Made by a program: the position numbers and the translations under genes. Positions 1 through 11,923 of a DNA stretch of 64,000 nt are shown piece after piece. The notes under the pieces were generated by a model. It did not search any database. It saw only the letters and a program-made list of their open reading frames with translations, and was not told where the DNA came from. The DNA is from Lytechinus pictus (Eukaryota), in assembly GCF_037042905.1 (NCBI RefSeq), contig NC_087252.1:22570001-22634000 (forward strand), given 5' to 3'. The stretch's first letter is position 1, and each line of letters begins with the position of its first letter.

Positions 1-153
1 AGTTTGGTTGAAAAGCGACTTACGGTTGTGGAGTTATGTGTCATTAGGTTTGTGACGGACGGACGACAGACGACAGACGATGCCGGACGACGGACGACAT
101 ACGACATTTGGATCCCTCAGTCTCGCCTTCACCTCTGGTGGGCGAGACAAAAA
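1..153. repeat. End of an interspersed repeat with a (GGAC/GACG)n microsatellite and terminal hairpin; Helentron-associated (HINE)-like
   Basis: GACGG/GACA-type repeats at about 54-104, then hairpin GTCTCGCC..GGCGAGAC (120-148) followed by AAAAA; cut by the window start. Confidence 0.4.
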
Positions 154-387
154 TGAGATGTAACCATTATATCAGTCATAAAGTATTATACATCAAACTG
201 TAGGTAATCTATTTTGCATTGAGATGACAATCAATCTCGACCTCTTTGACCCATAGGGATATTCCAGTGGGAAAATAAAGGTGCCAGTGTCTCGAAAATA
301 TGGGTGATTTCAGACCGTTTGCCATCATGGCCATAGCAAGAGTTGTAAACAAGGACACTTTCAGAAATGGGGGATTAGATTCAAATT

Positions 388-699
388 CCCGGGGGGACCA
401 CTTCCATTGATGAGTGGGTACCAGGCACGACCATGCGGTTTCGAAAAGCACCCTAAACAAGGGAAGCAAGGCTTTTTCATATTATGAAAATGCATCTCTT
501 AACAAGCATTTGGCTTGTGAAACCCAATAAGTATTGGAAATATATCACTTTTTTCAGTATTTTAAACATCGTTTTTGACACCCTTATAACTTTACAAAGG
601 CCTATATACGTAACGTACTTGCCCACTCTGTCCCCTTTACGCGTGGTCGCGCCTGGTATCCACTCTTCAATGGAAGTAGCCCCCCCCCCCCCCCCCGGG
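388..699. mobile_element. MITE with CCCGGG termini
   Basis: CCCGGGGGGACCACTTCCATTGATGAGTGGGTACCAGGCACGACCA is an imperfect inverted match to TGGTCGCGCCTGGTATCCACTCTTCAATGGAAGTAGC(C)nGGG; no clear TSD. Confidence 0.65.
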
Positions 700-1389
700 C
701 GGCCTCTCGAGCTCTGGGAGGAATCAAATGTGGCTCTGGAAAGTCGTTCTAAATCGGATATATCGCTGTTACCATAGTAGCAACCAGAATTTTGCACACG
801 AAACGCATATTGAATGTTTCCGTTGCAGATGCGAAACGAAAAAAAATCTCATGTCACACAATTTGCACTGCAGGACAGAGTTTAACGACCATGACGACGG
901 GCCCAAAAGTCTCTTCCAAAATCAACTACCGTCGTAAATAAGCGTTCGCGTTCTCCAACGAAAGGTCGGGAACAACGCTTCTGTGCGGCCGCCACAGGTG
1001 ACTAGAGAAGCACACGAATTAACACTTTATGAAGGTGTTTGTCGTATTTCTACTTTGTTGCACAATATGCAAACTGTGAAATACCAGTCGTTCGTGGATC
1101 GACGCATTGTGGTTTATTGTGGATGTAAATGAAAAACACAATTCAAAAGAATATATGAATAATCAAGGCACCAAAGTTGGTGCTTATCTCATTAAATTTT
1201 AAACCACCATGTCACTTTGGTACCAATGACCTTCCTCTGATCATGCGAAGAATCTTCTGACCTTGCGCATAGTGGAACTACGAACTGGCTTATTCAGGTG
1301 ATGGGCGAAATATTCATGCACATTTGAGGCAGGAGGATGGATGTAGCTAGCTTCCCGAAGCGAAGCTGAGGAAAATAGGTCAGTGCATC

Positions 1390-2265
1390 TAAACTGGGTT
1401 CCAAAAGAAACTTATCAAACTTCACAAGCGCACTTCACAAATTCCAGTCAGTCAAAGTTAACAAAATTTTGACACAGGCTAGCGTCAATATTCATTACTA
1501 AGCACATGTCAATAATTAAGAGATTTGCCGGTTTAATCACAAATAGGCAGTACTAGCCCCCCCCCCCAAAAAAAAAAAAATCAATTGGTTCCGAATCCAA
1601 ATTTGGCAAAAGAAAGATGAATGGAAATGAGATGGGATAAAAAAAAATTACCACTTTATTCAAGTTCACAGTTTGACCATCGGCATGTTTGATTGATAAA
1701 ATAAATATATAATATAAATAAGAAGTTACAGTCAGTTAAAATCAACATTTTAAATACACATATTGAGGTCAAAGAAGCATAATGCATGAATGGACTGTTT
1801 TGTTTGTATTTATTTCCATATAAAAATAAAATATATACATGCTCAATTTAACATAACGTACACTCAGATCATATGGAGGATGGCCCATTTCAGCGGTATT
1901 AATAAAATACCACTGTTCTTCCATGGGGTCCTTTAAAACATAAATACATGCATATAAAACAAATATAAAAAATATACACAAAACTTAATTGAACAGCAGT
2001 CAAGCAAAGAATTACCATTTGGTTTAATCCCATCTCATTTTCATTGGTCTTTCTTTTTCCATGTTGTGACTTTGGGTTCCGGAACCGATTGAGTTGAGGG
2101 GCTATACAGCCTCTTTGTTATTAAACCAATATCTTAATTTTTGACATGTGCTTAGTAAAGATTATTGAAGCTAGCCTGGGTCAAATATTTGTTCATTTTG
2201 ACTGAGTGGAAGCTGTGTAGTGCGCTAGTGAAGTTTGACGAGTTTCTTTTGGAACCCGGCCACTT
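1390..2265. repeat. Degenerate long inverted repeat (old foldback/DNA transposon arms)
   Basis: About 1390-1690 (GGGTTCCAAAAGAAACT..GCTAGCGTCAAT..TTACTAAGCACATGTCAA) is the reverse complement of about 1995-2265 (TTGACATGTGCTTAGTAA..TTGAAGCTAGC..AGTTTCTTTTGGAACCCG). Confidence 0.6.
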
Positions 2266-2303
2266 TATACAGCTCGCCAATGAATATTTGTCATCTTTAT
2301 TTG

Positions 2304-3487
2304 CAGTGACGTACCGTGGGTCACGGCATTGGGGGGGCACCAGCAAAAATTTTGAGTCACTTAGTGAGCGCGCGAAGCGTGCCCAGTTGCCAGGTATACT
2401 GACCTAATAGAGACATTTTAAGGACAGTCCCATTAAACGGATATGTCTCTCACTGGTCAAATAATGCGAGCGCGAAGCGCGAGCTTAAAATTTTTGATAT
2501 TCAGACCTAAAAAGGGACATTATAATCGACTTTGTAATCATGATACGTACCTGTCTCGCTAAACAATGCGAGCGCGAAGCGCGAGCCGAAATTTTTTTAT
2601 ACATTGACCCCAAACAGGGAGATCTTAATGACTATATTATAGGAATAATCCCTTAATAGTATACATATCTCACCATAGTCATCTAATGCCAATGTCAAGC
2701 GCTTGCTGATTTTGATAGAATTACATTTAAACACTTATGAAGCACTTATACTCATTGTAATCATGAATAACATACGCATCTCACTAATCAGATATTGCGA
2801 GCGCGGAGCGAGCTGAAAATTTAGGAAATTCAGACCTGAAGAGGGGCATTCTATAGCTTGTTTGTAGGAATTCACTAAGACCATACGTATTTAACTAACC
2901 AAATGATGCGAGCGCGAAGCGCGAGCTGAAAATTTTTGATATTCAGATCAGAAAAAGGGACATTTTAAGGACTGATTTTAGGAATTCACGGAGAGCACAC
3001 ATATATCACCAATCCACTGATGCGAACGTAATCACGGACAGGAAATATTTTATATTAAGACCTTAACATGGGGCAATCACTTTAAGTAGTCTTGAAAAAG
3101 AAGCATATGTCACCGTGACTGCATAAAACAATAATATATTTGGTGTATATTGACTTGAAACGGGAGTTTTTCGTACAACAGGTTTATATACATGTATCTC
3201 TTTAAACAGACAATGCGAGCACCAGGAACAATGACAACATAGGCCCTGAGCAATTAATGTTTCATAGAGTTAGGATAAAAAATGTTTTCTATGTAATATA
3301 ACATAATATGATTATAATATAATATACCATTATAACGAATAATAATTTCTTCTTTCCCACTACGTTCTTCTTCCTTTCTCCCTCTTTTTTCTCCTTTTCC
3401 CCGTTTTTTTTTTTTTTTTTTTTTTTTGGTCAGCCGATTGGGGGGGCACGTGCCCCCCATGCCCCCCCCCCCGTAGTTACGCCACTG
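2304..3487. mobile_element. Non-autonomous hAT-like element with repeated internal GCGAGCGCGAAGCGCGAGC motifs
   Basis: Termini CAGTGACGTAC..GTTACGCCACTG; flanks TTTATTTG / TCTATGTG (6/8, decayed 8-bp TSD); CG-rich motif recurs at roughly 110-120 bp spacing. Confidence 0.6.
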
Positions 3488-3842
3488 TCTATGTGCATCA
3501 TTAACTAACTATCAAACGACACCTGAATTTCTATGCCTCCAAATCGAATTTTTAAACCCACCAGGCCCCACACGTGAATCATACAAGGATTCACCGAATT
3601 GTATACATTTTTGTTCCATTCTATCGCTGGTGTTGGCCTATAAACAGTGCAGAATTCCGAAGGGCATGGAAACTGGGCTAAAATGATTCAGTCCATTGCA
3701 CATATCAAAGGGGGGGAGAACAGGCCTGCGTTAGCAGGCGCGGATCAATGGAATGCAATAAATTGTCCCCGATAAACAAGCTAGAAATAAATAAAATAAA
3801 AACATACCGGTCATCGTTCAAAATGAGGCATTTTGTTAGATG

Positions 3843-4581
3843 TATGGACCTATGAAGAGATGGGCATTTATCGCTTAGATAGTGAATTCACTAACAGGTG
3901 ACTGTTATTGTCATCTGAATGACATTCTCTTCATATTTGTCTACGTTTGTCCTTTATGATCGTACCGTGAGGGCCTGAAGCAGTTCGTGAATGGGACTTT
4001 ATATTTCACAGATTATACGAGCAGTCGATAACAATTCACTTAAATCATGGAAAATCGATGTGCAGTTCTTGTTTACCTTTGGTGATCTTATAGTTCCGCG
4101 TGTTTTATTTCAGAAAATGTCTGCATATATTAATAGAGAGACAAATTTGTCATTGATTGTTAACCATTTAAAATTCCCATTTTCCCAAGTTTCTCCATAA
4201 TATTCCAGATATACGTGGCAAATAACGTGCATAGATCGTGTATCTCTCAATGTTATCGAGGTCTTTACGCGCGTCCGGAAGTGTCCGGATCGTATTTTAT
4301 ACCACCACAGAAATCGTCTGCTTCTAAAGGCTGCTGCTCAAAATATGAAGCATGTTGATTGAAAGGCACATGCCGAAACTGGGTATCAGCCAACAAAACT
4401 AAGACCGGGGAAACTGATCCGTCTTTAAGTGATCAGATACGTCTTGGTATTCATCATGGTAATTGTTATTGTCACAACACCTGTATGCTCTCATTAAGAT
4501 GCACATATAACCAGGTGACGGTGACTATCATTGGATCAAAGAAATGCTCGCGTTAATCGTCCATCTCTTCATAGGTCCACG
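3843..4581. mobile_element. Non-autonomous TIR element (possibly P-like)
   Basis: TIR TGGACCTATGAAGAGATGG / CCATCTCTTCATAGGTCCA; 7-bp flanks TTAGATG / GTAGATG. Confidence 0.55.
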
Positions 4582-5344
4582 GTAGATGCATAACCAGAAT
4601 TATTAATGTTGTTCAAAAGTTAACTTGATAATAGTCGAATTTTTTTTTTCGATTTTTGTATCAATATTCTTCATTTCACGGCGGGTTATTTTGTAAATTG
4701 CAGCGACGAGATTAACCCCAGTTTCATTTTTTTCTCATTACCAATCTGCAATCTACATTGCGTAACTTCACTTATTCCTCATAATTCTACGAGGGAAAAC
4801 AAAGAAATCCTTCATTGTCTTTGATAATTTTAATCTCACAATCATAATCATCATAATTAGAATCATCTGTAATCACAACCACCATTACCATTTCTGAGAG
4901 TGTATGAGAGTGTATGAAAGTGTATATGAAGTGAGGAAGGAAACATATTATATGCACTTCTATGTATCCAAGGAAGGAAAAAAAACCGCTGTAAACTGGT
5001 CATTTGCCTGTGTCGGGGTATATGTGCAATCATTTGAATTTATGTAACGCCCTGAAGGTCACATGTTGTTTTTCTCTTTTACTCTCCCCCTTTCACATTC
5101 CTTCTCTCACTTCTATTTTATTTCATCTGTGTATGTACCATCTCTCCCTCCTTTTATTTCCACCTCTCTTTTCTCAACTGCTTTAGTTCTCGTTTTTCTT
5201 CTACATACTGTACTTCTTTATAATAATTTCATGCTTGTTTTAATATTTTGATTCGGGGTAATTATAGTAATGTATTGTATATGCTGTTATGTTAATATAC
5301 TCTATGTTATTTATGTATGCCCTGCTTGTTCTGTTACTCATACT

Positions 5345-5433
5345 AGCAGGGCCCGCTGGGAGAACAGTTTTCGGAACTGAAGTGGCTACCCTGGGTAAAT
5401 ATGCCGCTAATATTATTTTTATTATTATTATTA
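5345..5433 (+). mobile_element. 3' tail of a non-LTR retroelement with (ATT)n tail
   Basis: AGCAGGGCCCGCTGGGAGAACAGTTTTCGGAACTGAAGTGGC..GGGTAAATAT then (ATT)n; close second copy at 45575-45650. Confidence 0.5.
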
Positions 5434-5679
5434 CTCAGATATGTCCTGGGCGTTCTTTTCTTCTATGTTTGTATATATTTTATTCCTTTGTTTGAACGAT
5501 TTGAATGTTAATAGGTGATGAATTATATATATATTGCGACCACCAATAATATGAATGTGTACCGGTATTCATAAATCATTGCCATAATAAACATAACATA
5601 ATCACCATCACAATTGGTACTCATAATTACATCATCATCGTTACTATTTAATTTCAAACAGGGAGGGAACCGGGGTGAA

Positions 5680-6102
5680 AATCGATGAGTCGTTCACTCA
5701 CTATGTCTTTTGTATTTTATTGTATTTAATTTTACTTTTTTTACAGATTTGACAATAAGGACCAACTTGACTGAACTATATAGTATTAAACAATGCTAGT
5801 TCCACATGTTCAGGGAAGAATTAATTGTTGTTTCACTTGACAATGAGGAGAAAATTAGAATATTTCATATTTCATATAATAAAATACCAAAAAAAATAGT
5901 GAGTGGATGACGTCATCAGTCTGATCGTTTGCATGCCGACCAGGAAGTGCATATAGCTGTTTTGAGAAATTAAGAAAAACTTTAAAATGTCATATTAAAG
6001 TTTCTTGTTTTACATCCGATTTTGATGACATTTTCAGTGTTATGCTTGTTGGATTTTTCTCTTTCTATTCAAGTCAACCTTTCATTGAGGTGGACTTGTC
6101 CT
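5680..6102. mobile_element. Partial copy of the about 600-bp TTAA MITE family (Kolobok-like)
   Basis: Ends GGTGGACTTGTCCT|TTAA; body matches 18278-18877 and 52212-52814. Confidence 0.7.
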
Positions 6103-6785
6103 TTAAATGAACTGTTTGTGAACCAATTCTTTGTTTGACTTTGGGCAAAATAATAGGCAGATGACGTGGAAATTATACTAAGAAAGAATTAGACTATTGG
6201 TATTGAACCAAGTTTGCAGTATATTAAACCTGCTCGAAGATAATTTGTCAAGAACGTTATATCATGCCACTTACACAAATTATAGGGGGGAATGAAAGTA
6301 CATGGTTAATTCTTAGGAGATATATATATATTATTCATTTACAATAGAGCATTATAAAACTGTATGAAATTTACTTACATTTGAGAGATTTCACTCTGTT
6401 TTAGAGATGAAGGAGTGACAATTGAAGGACATAGTATAAGTTATCTCAAAAGTTTAATCTGGGTTCTGTAACACAAAGGTTTGCGATTGATCGTACGCTT
6501 GATTTTTACAATGTTTACATTGTAGTCAATGCAAGCAATCGTAGAAAATTGTTCTACGATCATTGCTAAGCTTTCTGTTATGGGCCCATGGACTTAACTA
6601 TGAGTTGGGACTCCTTTTTTATCAGTGAGCGTACAACAATGGAATTTATACATGTAAAATTTGTTACAAGGTCTTCAAAACGTTTTTTTTTTCTTATTTC
6701 TCTGTGATATAAACAGCACAACTCTCACTTCTTTCTTTTAAACATATCTTTAGTACTTGCCTTTACTTCTGTTAAAAAAACCCAA

Positions 6786-6850
6786 ATAATAAATAATATA
6801 ATATTTGTATAGCGCACGTATCCACCTTGCTAGGTGCTCAAGGCGCTCCT
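6786..6850 (-). mobile_element. tRNA-derived SINE, 3' piece (1 of 3)
   Basis: AT-rich tail plus ATAGCGCACGTATCCACCTTGCTAGGTGCTCAAGGCGCTCCT; continues at 10213 once the 6851-10208 insert and one TCCT are removed. Confidence 0.7.
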
Positions 6851-9800
6851 GGGTCATTCTCAGAAAAATGCTACAATTGATGGGGGGGGGGGAATCGTAA
6901 AAATAAAATCTACAAAATGGATTGAAATATACAGATTGTGAAAGTACCATGTATGAGAAAGTGGCAACAGAAAAGGGGCATGTCGCTGTTGCGTCAATTT
7001 GAAGTACTGACCGGATTAACTCAAGCACTGTATATCAACGTTACGGAGGTTAATCGTTAGCATTGTTCACTTATGTTACTCAATTAAATCACCTTTGAAA
7101 TGATTGAAATAGAAATGCACACCAGTGTGGTATCAACAATTTTATTTACTGAAGCAAAAATGTTTGCAAGATAGAAAAAATATTCAATATTCTTTTTCAG
7201 AAGCAGGATTTTACCAAATAACATTTAACAAAAAGAACCATAAAAATCATTGCACATCTTTCGTTCAGTTTAATGTTCATAATTTGAATGAGGCAACCTT
7301 AAAATAACTTTCATCCATAACCTGAGATCCTAAGCAATGCATGACCAATGCTGGGAATCAAAAGATACTTTACCATCAAATCCTCGAGTGGCATTTACCC
7401 TTGTCAATCTTCGTTACGGAAGTTAAATGAAGTTACAAATTGCAGTATTTATTTGTTAGCTTGGGAAAATCCATATTTAGGTATTCGTATAACCTTTTAT
7501 TAATAAATAAAGATAAATGTGGAACGCATAGCTTAATTTGCCAACCCCGCCCCCTAAAAAAATGTAAAAAACATAAACAGGAAACGGAAACTGTAATTTT
7601 ATTGTCGTTCTTTTTCAAAGTTGGAATGAAAAAACCGAATAACCGGGCAACAGAATTACAGTTCATCTTTAAAGTTTCTGGCAATAAACAAAATATAACA
7701 ATCGCAGTCCCGTTACCAGGATGAGTTCTCTGGGTTACGAGGAATCCCGCCGCCTGCCAATAGCCAAAAAAGATAGAAAAAGAGGGGAAAACATTTAAAA
7801 AAGGACATGGGGAAATGAATAATAAAAAAGTAAGGTGAATGAAACAAGAGGCTAAAAATTCACAAATACATAAATTATTAATGGAATCTATATGATCTAA
7901 TCGCGATTTTTTTTCATCAGTTTGTTTTATCGAGATACGCAATTACGCATTCTATTCGTGATTTAAAAAAATGATGAAGAGCCAAAATTTTTGATTATCG
8001 AAATACGTATTTCATTTATAAATTCCAACAAACCGTGAGAGTTTGAAATACCCCTTTCCATGTTTTCATGTAAGTAGGCCTATATCGATTATTCAAGCGC
8101 TTTTCATGCACGTTAAAGGGGTCATCCAGGCTGAAAAATATGATCTGAACAGATAATAAGCAGACAAACAAAATACTGCAAATATGATCAAAATTGAACA
8201 AGGAATAGCGAAGTTATGCCATTTTAAAGATTTGCATTATTTTAGTGAAACAATATAGTCTATGCATATCTTCATGAATATTAAGAGTTGATTGATGGTG
8301 TACATACATGTAATCCCCACTTTTTTTTTTTTGTATTCTATTGCATGAAATTATTTTTTATTCAATTTATATCCTCTTTATTTGAAAGCGTGCTTAAGAT
8401 GTCTGGTTTTCATATTGGAATGACACATATTTTCAGCTCGCGCTTCGCACTCACTGCGCATCATTTCCTTAGCAAGACACCCATCCTTTTTATGATTACA
8501 AAAAGTTAGTAAAATGTCCCGTTTTGGGGACTAAACCTAAAAAGGCGCGCGTTTTACCTTTGCAATAATTGTTTATTGGATATATATCTTGTTCTCAAAT
8601 TACAACGTCCAAAAATTATTGTTTTCAGATCAACATAAAAAAAATTTACAGTCGCATCAATTAAGATACCCATCCTTGTAATTGGTACAAAGAGTGTTTA
8701 GAATGTCAAGCTTTCGGTCAGAATACGAAAAACAAATCAGCTCGCACTTTGTACTCGCATTAATAGTTTATTCAGATAACATCCTGATTCCTGATCATTT
8801 CTACAAAAAATGCTAGAATTTCAAGTTTTCAGGTTAGACTATTTACAAGTTTTAGCTCGCGCTTTGCGCTCACATTTTTGATCGGTGATACATTAACCCT
8901 CCTCATGAGTCATTGCAAACAGTTTTTCTGTCTCTTTCCTTGTCCATGAAAGCTTAATTGTTTCTCCTTCTTCCCTTTCTCTACACCATTTCTGCCGACT
9001 ACAGCATTAGACAAAGCCATGTCACCTATTCTGGAACTAGAATCGTGCTATCAATCTTAGCAAAGTACAGCAAAGAAGTGTATTAACTTCCGTAACAGTA
9101 ATTGTTACGGAAGTTAATGCACTTTATATAGCAAAGGAAATTAGAAATCTTAAGTTCTAAAGAAGATGCCAATATTCAAAATTTGTAGTATGTATTATTT
9201 AAAATTCTAAAAACATTAAATATCATATATAATTCTCGGGAAATTGTTTTCGCTGGCAATTTTCCCTCTTTTCAAAGTGATGTTAAAAATAAGGTGTGTA
9301 ATAATAATTTGACAAGGATGAATAGCTATCATTTGTATGGGTAAGTAGGTGGACGGTACCTTATATGATTTATATCTGTATGATCCGGAGTGATTCAGTA
9401 TAGCACAAATTTGTAGCATATTCAAGAAAAAGTGTTACGGAAGTTAATGCGTTACGGAAGTTAATGTCTTTATGCTTTATGGTCCAACGTGGTCCTTATT
9501 TAGCAGGCATACCTTTGAAAATTGTATTTATTATGAAAGGTGTCTCTTATCCTATAAGATACTGAATCCTTAACAGAACTGCCAAAGTGCATATTTTCTT
9601 AAGGTGCGTTACGGATGTTAAAGCTGTTTAGTCATACATTTTATTTTTTAAGAATAGTCCTTTATTTCCGTGTAATACAGGAAACACATATGATAATTCC
9701 CTATCAATTATTTATTAATGAATATCACTCTACTTGTAGACACATTATCATATAATATCATTCAGTTTGAATGGGAAAAAAAACTTGTGGCAGTATTCGT

Positions 9801-10208
9801 TACGGAGGTTAAAATGAATTTGGGACAAAGTTAAAAGTGAAATTAATCACAAAGGGATCATCACTGAATACTAGGATAAGCGCAGTATGTCGGACGTTTA
9901 CACCAAGCTGCCCTCGCCAGACATTAATGTAGGTAAGAAATACAGACTACTTAGGAAAGAGAATGATAGTAAAATCTAAAACTGACCCGAGACAGCGTCG
10001 ATTCTAACAAAAAGCAAAAATAAAAGGCTTTTGTAATAAAATTAGAGCTTTATTAGTCACTGGTCGTATATGCTTTGTGGAGCTAGTCTATTATTGTAAT
10101 TTTCTTGATAATATTTTTGTAGAAAATATTCAGGGTTGTGAAGCTAGCGGCCATAAGATAGTCGAGACACGTTTTTTGTGAATTGTAACATTTTTTTGAG
10201 AATGACCC
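6851..10208. mobile_element. Non-autonomous DNA transposon, Sola2-like (GGG..CCC ends, 4-bp TSD)
   Basis: 28-bp TIRs GGGTCATTCTCAGAAAAATGCTACAATT / AATTGTAACATTTTTTTGAGAATGACCC (26/28); TSD TCCT at 6847-6850 and 10209-10212; no transposase ORF; other repeat fragments inside. Confidence 0.75.
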
Positions 10209-10408
10209 TCCTATATTACCCCGGGTAAGCTTGTCTACTGATTCTGGTGCGCACAGCTTTTTGAGGAATTACCTCCTGCCGGTACCCATTTACCTCAACT
10301 GGGTCGAGTGCAGCACAGTGTGGACAAATTTCTTGCTGAAGTAAAACATGCAATGGCTAGGATTCGAACCCACGACCCACTGTTTGAAAGGCGAGAGTCA
10401 GAACCATT
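10209..10408 (-). mobile_element. tRNA-derived SINE, middle piece (2 of 3)
   Basis: Contains the reverse complement of a Pol III B-box (GGTTCGAATCC, plus-strand GGATTCGAACC near 10360-10370) and the SINE body. Confidence 0.75.
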
Positions 10409-11923
10409 TAGTCTGGTAGGGAGGTAGGGTTCCCATGCACCCGAATGATATATTTTTTTAACCTAAATTTTTGTAATCCTTAAGATGTCTAGTGAATGAA
10501 TTTTGATGTTCCCAAAACGAAATATTGTCCCATGGGGTTCAAATTCAAGATGGCGTCCAAAATGGCCGCCATATTCATGGGATTTGGATTTTCGTACATA
10601 GATTCCGACACAAACATTCATTTGCCACAAAATTAGTGTCATATGAAAGATAAATAAATTTTCTACAAGTTGATACTATTCATGGGTGATGAAATGGTAA
10701 TTCGGCTGAGATTTTAATGAGAAAAGTACAATTTTGAGAATTTTTTCCAAAAAATTGAAAATTTGTGAAATACATGATTTACCATAAATCTAAGGAAAAT
10801 AAAGGAATCGCCTCGAAAACTTTTAGAAAACTTTCCTAATATACAATTATTAAGTGGACGAAATTCCAAATTGATATCATTATTAGTCACAAACTTATTA
10901 TGTCTCAAACTTGAAAATTCAATTTTCAGAAATTTAGCTTTTTTTACTTCATATCGGAGACTTGGTTATATTAATGTATATTGTCACATTTTCAACCCAG
11001 AAAATGGAAAAAGGCCTTCATAAAATGCGAAATTATATATTATTTTGCTGGTAGAATTTACTACAATCCCTTTATTCTTCGATTTCAAGTCGGTTGATAT
11101 AGTTTTTTAAAGAATTAAGACTTTTGGCCAAAATTTGTATGTTTTTGGTAAAAAAAATTGCACATGCACTGTTATTGATCAGATTTATTATGAATATCAG
11201 TAATAAATGCACAATCTCAACATTCGATATGAAAGATGATGTATCAACGAGAATATTTGCAGGCTTCATGCCACCATAAGTATCTTCATTTGCTTCAAAT
11301 AGAAGGAAAATATGCTGAATGTATTGAGCGATTTTGCGCTAAAGTGAGGCCAAAAAGCAACCTCGGTGTGGCAGTCACACCTCTGAAAACGATTGCAAAG
11401 TGATGAATGGTATGTCATTCAAATAATACAATAGCTCTGATCAGCCTTTCGCATCGATTGAGTGTTGGTATGACTAACACACCGTAATGTACAGTATAGA
11501 ATGTGCATGGTAATAGAAATGTATCTGATTCAGAAGGATGTAAAGGGAAAAAAGGTGTTTCTGTTACATCATAAAGAAATCTATTTATTGAAGTCTTTTG
11601 GAAACATTTATAAGATACACTAGCACTGCAGGTAACAGAGATGAAGTTCTGACATATCAATACATAACTGAAAGGAACATGTCAAAGCTACCCCCACCTT
11701 ATCTGTATTTTGAATCTATGGCCTGTATTCCAAAATCAGGTTTATTTTCCAACACGTTCTAACTCTTTTCTAAATTTATGAAGAGCCAATATTCTGTTTA
11801 TTGTATATCTCTTATGTTTACAACTCTGTTCCGTTTGCTTTCATAATTAAGGAAAAAACCTCAATTATCATTCTCAGATAACTATGAACCATTTGGGGGT
11901 CAATATTAATGGAATTTGCTCTC

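Noticed and set aside
7433..7942. 169-aa ORF inside the Sola2-like element as a candidate transposase
   Set aside because: No DDD/E or zinc-finger motif; composition reflects AT-rich non-coding DNA
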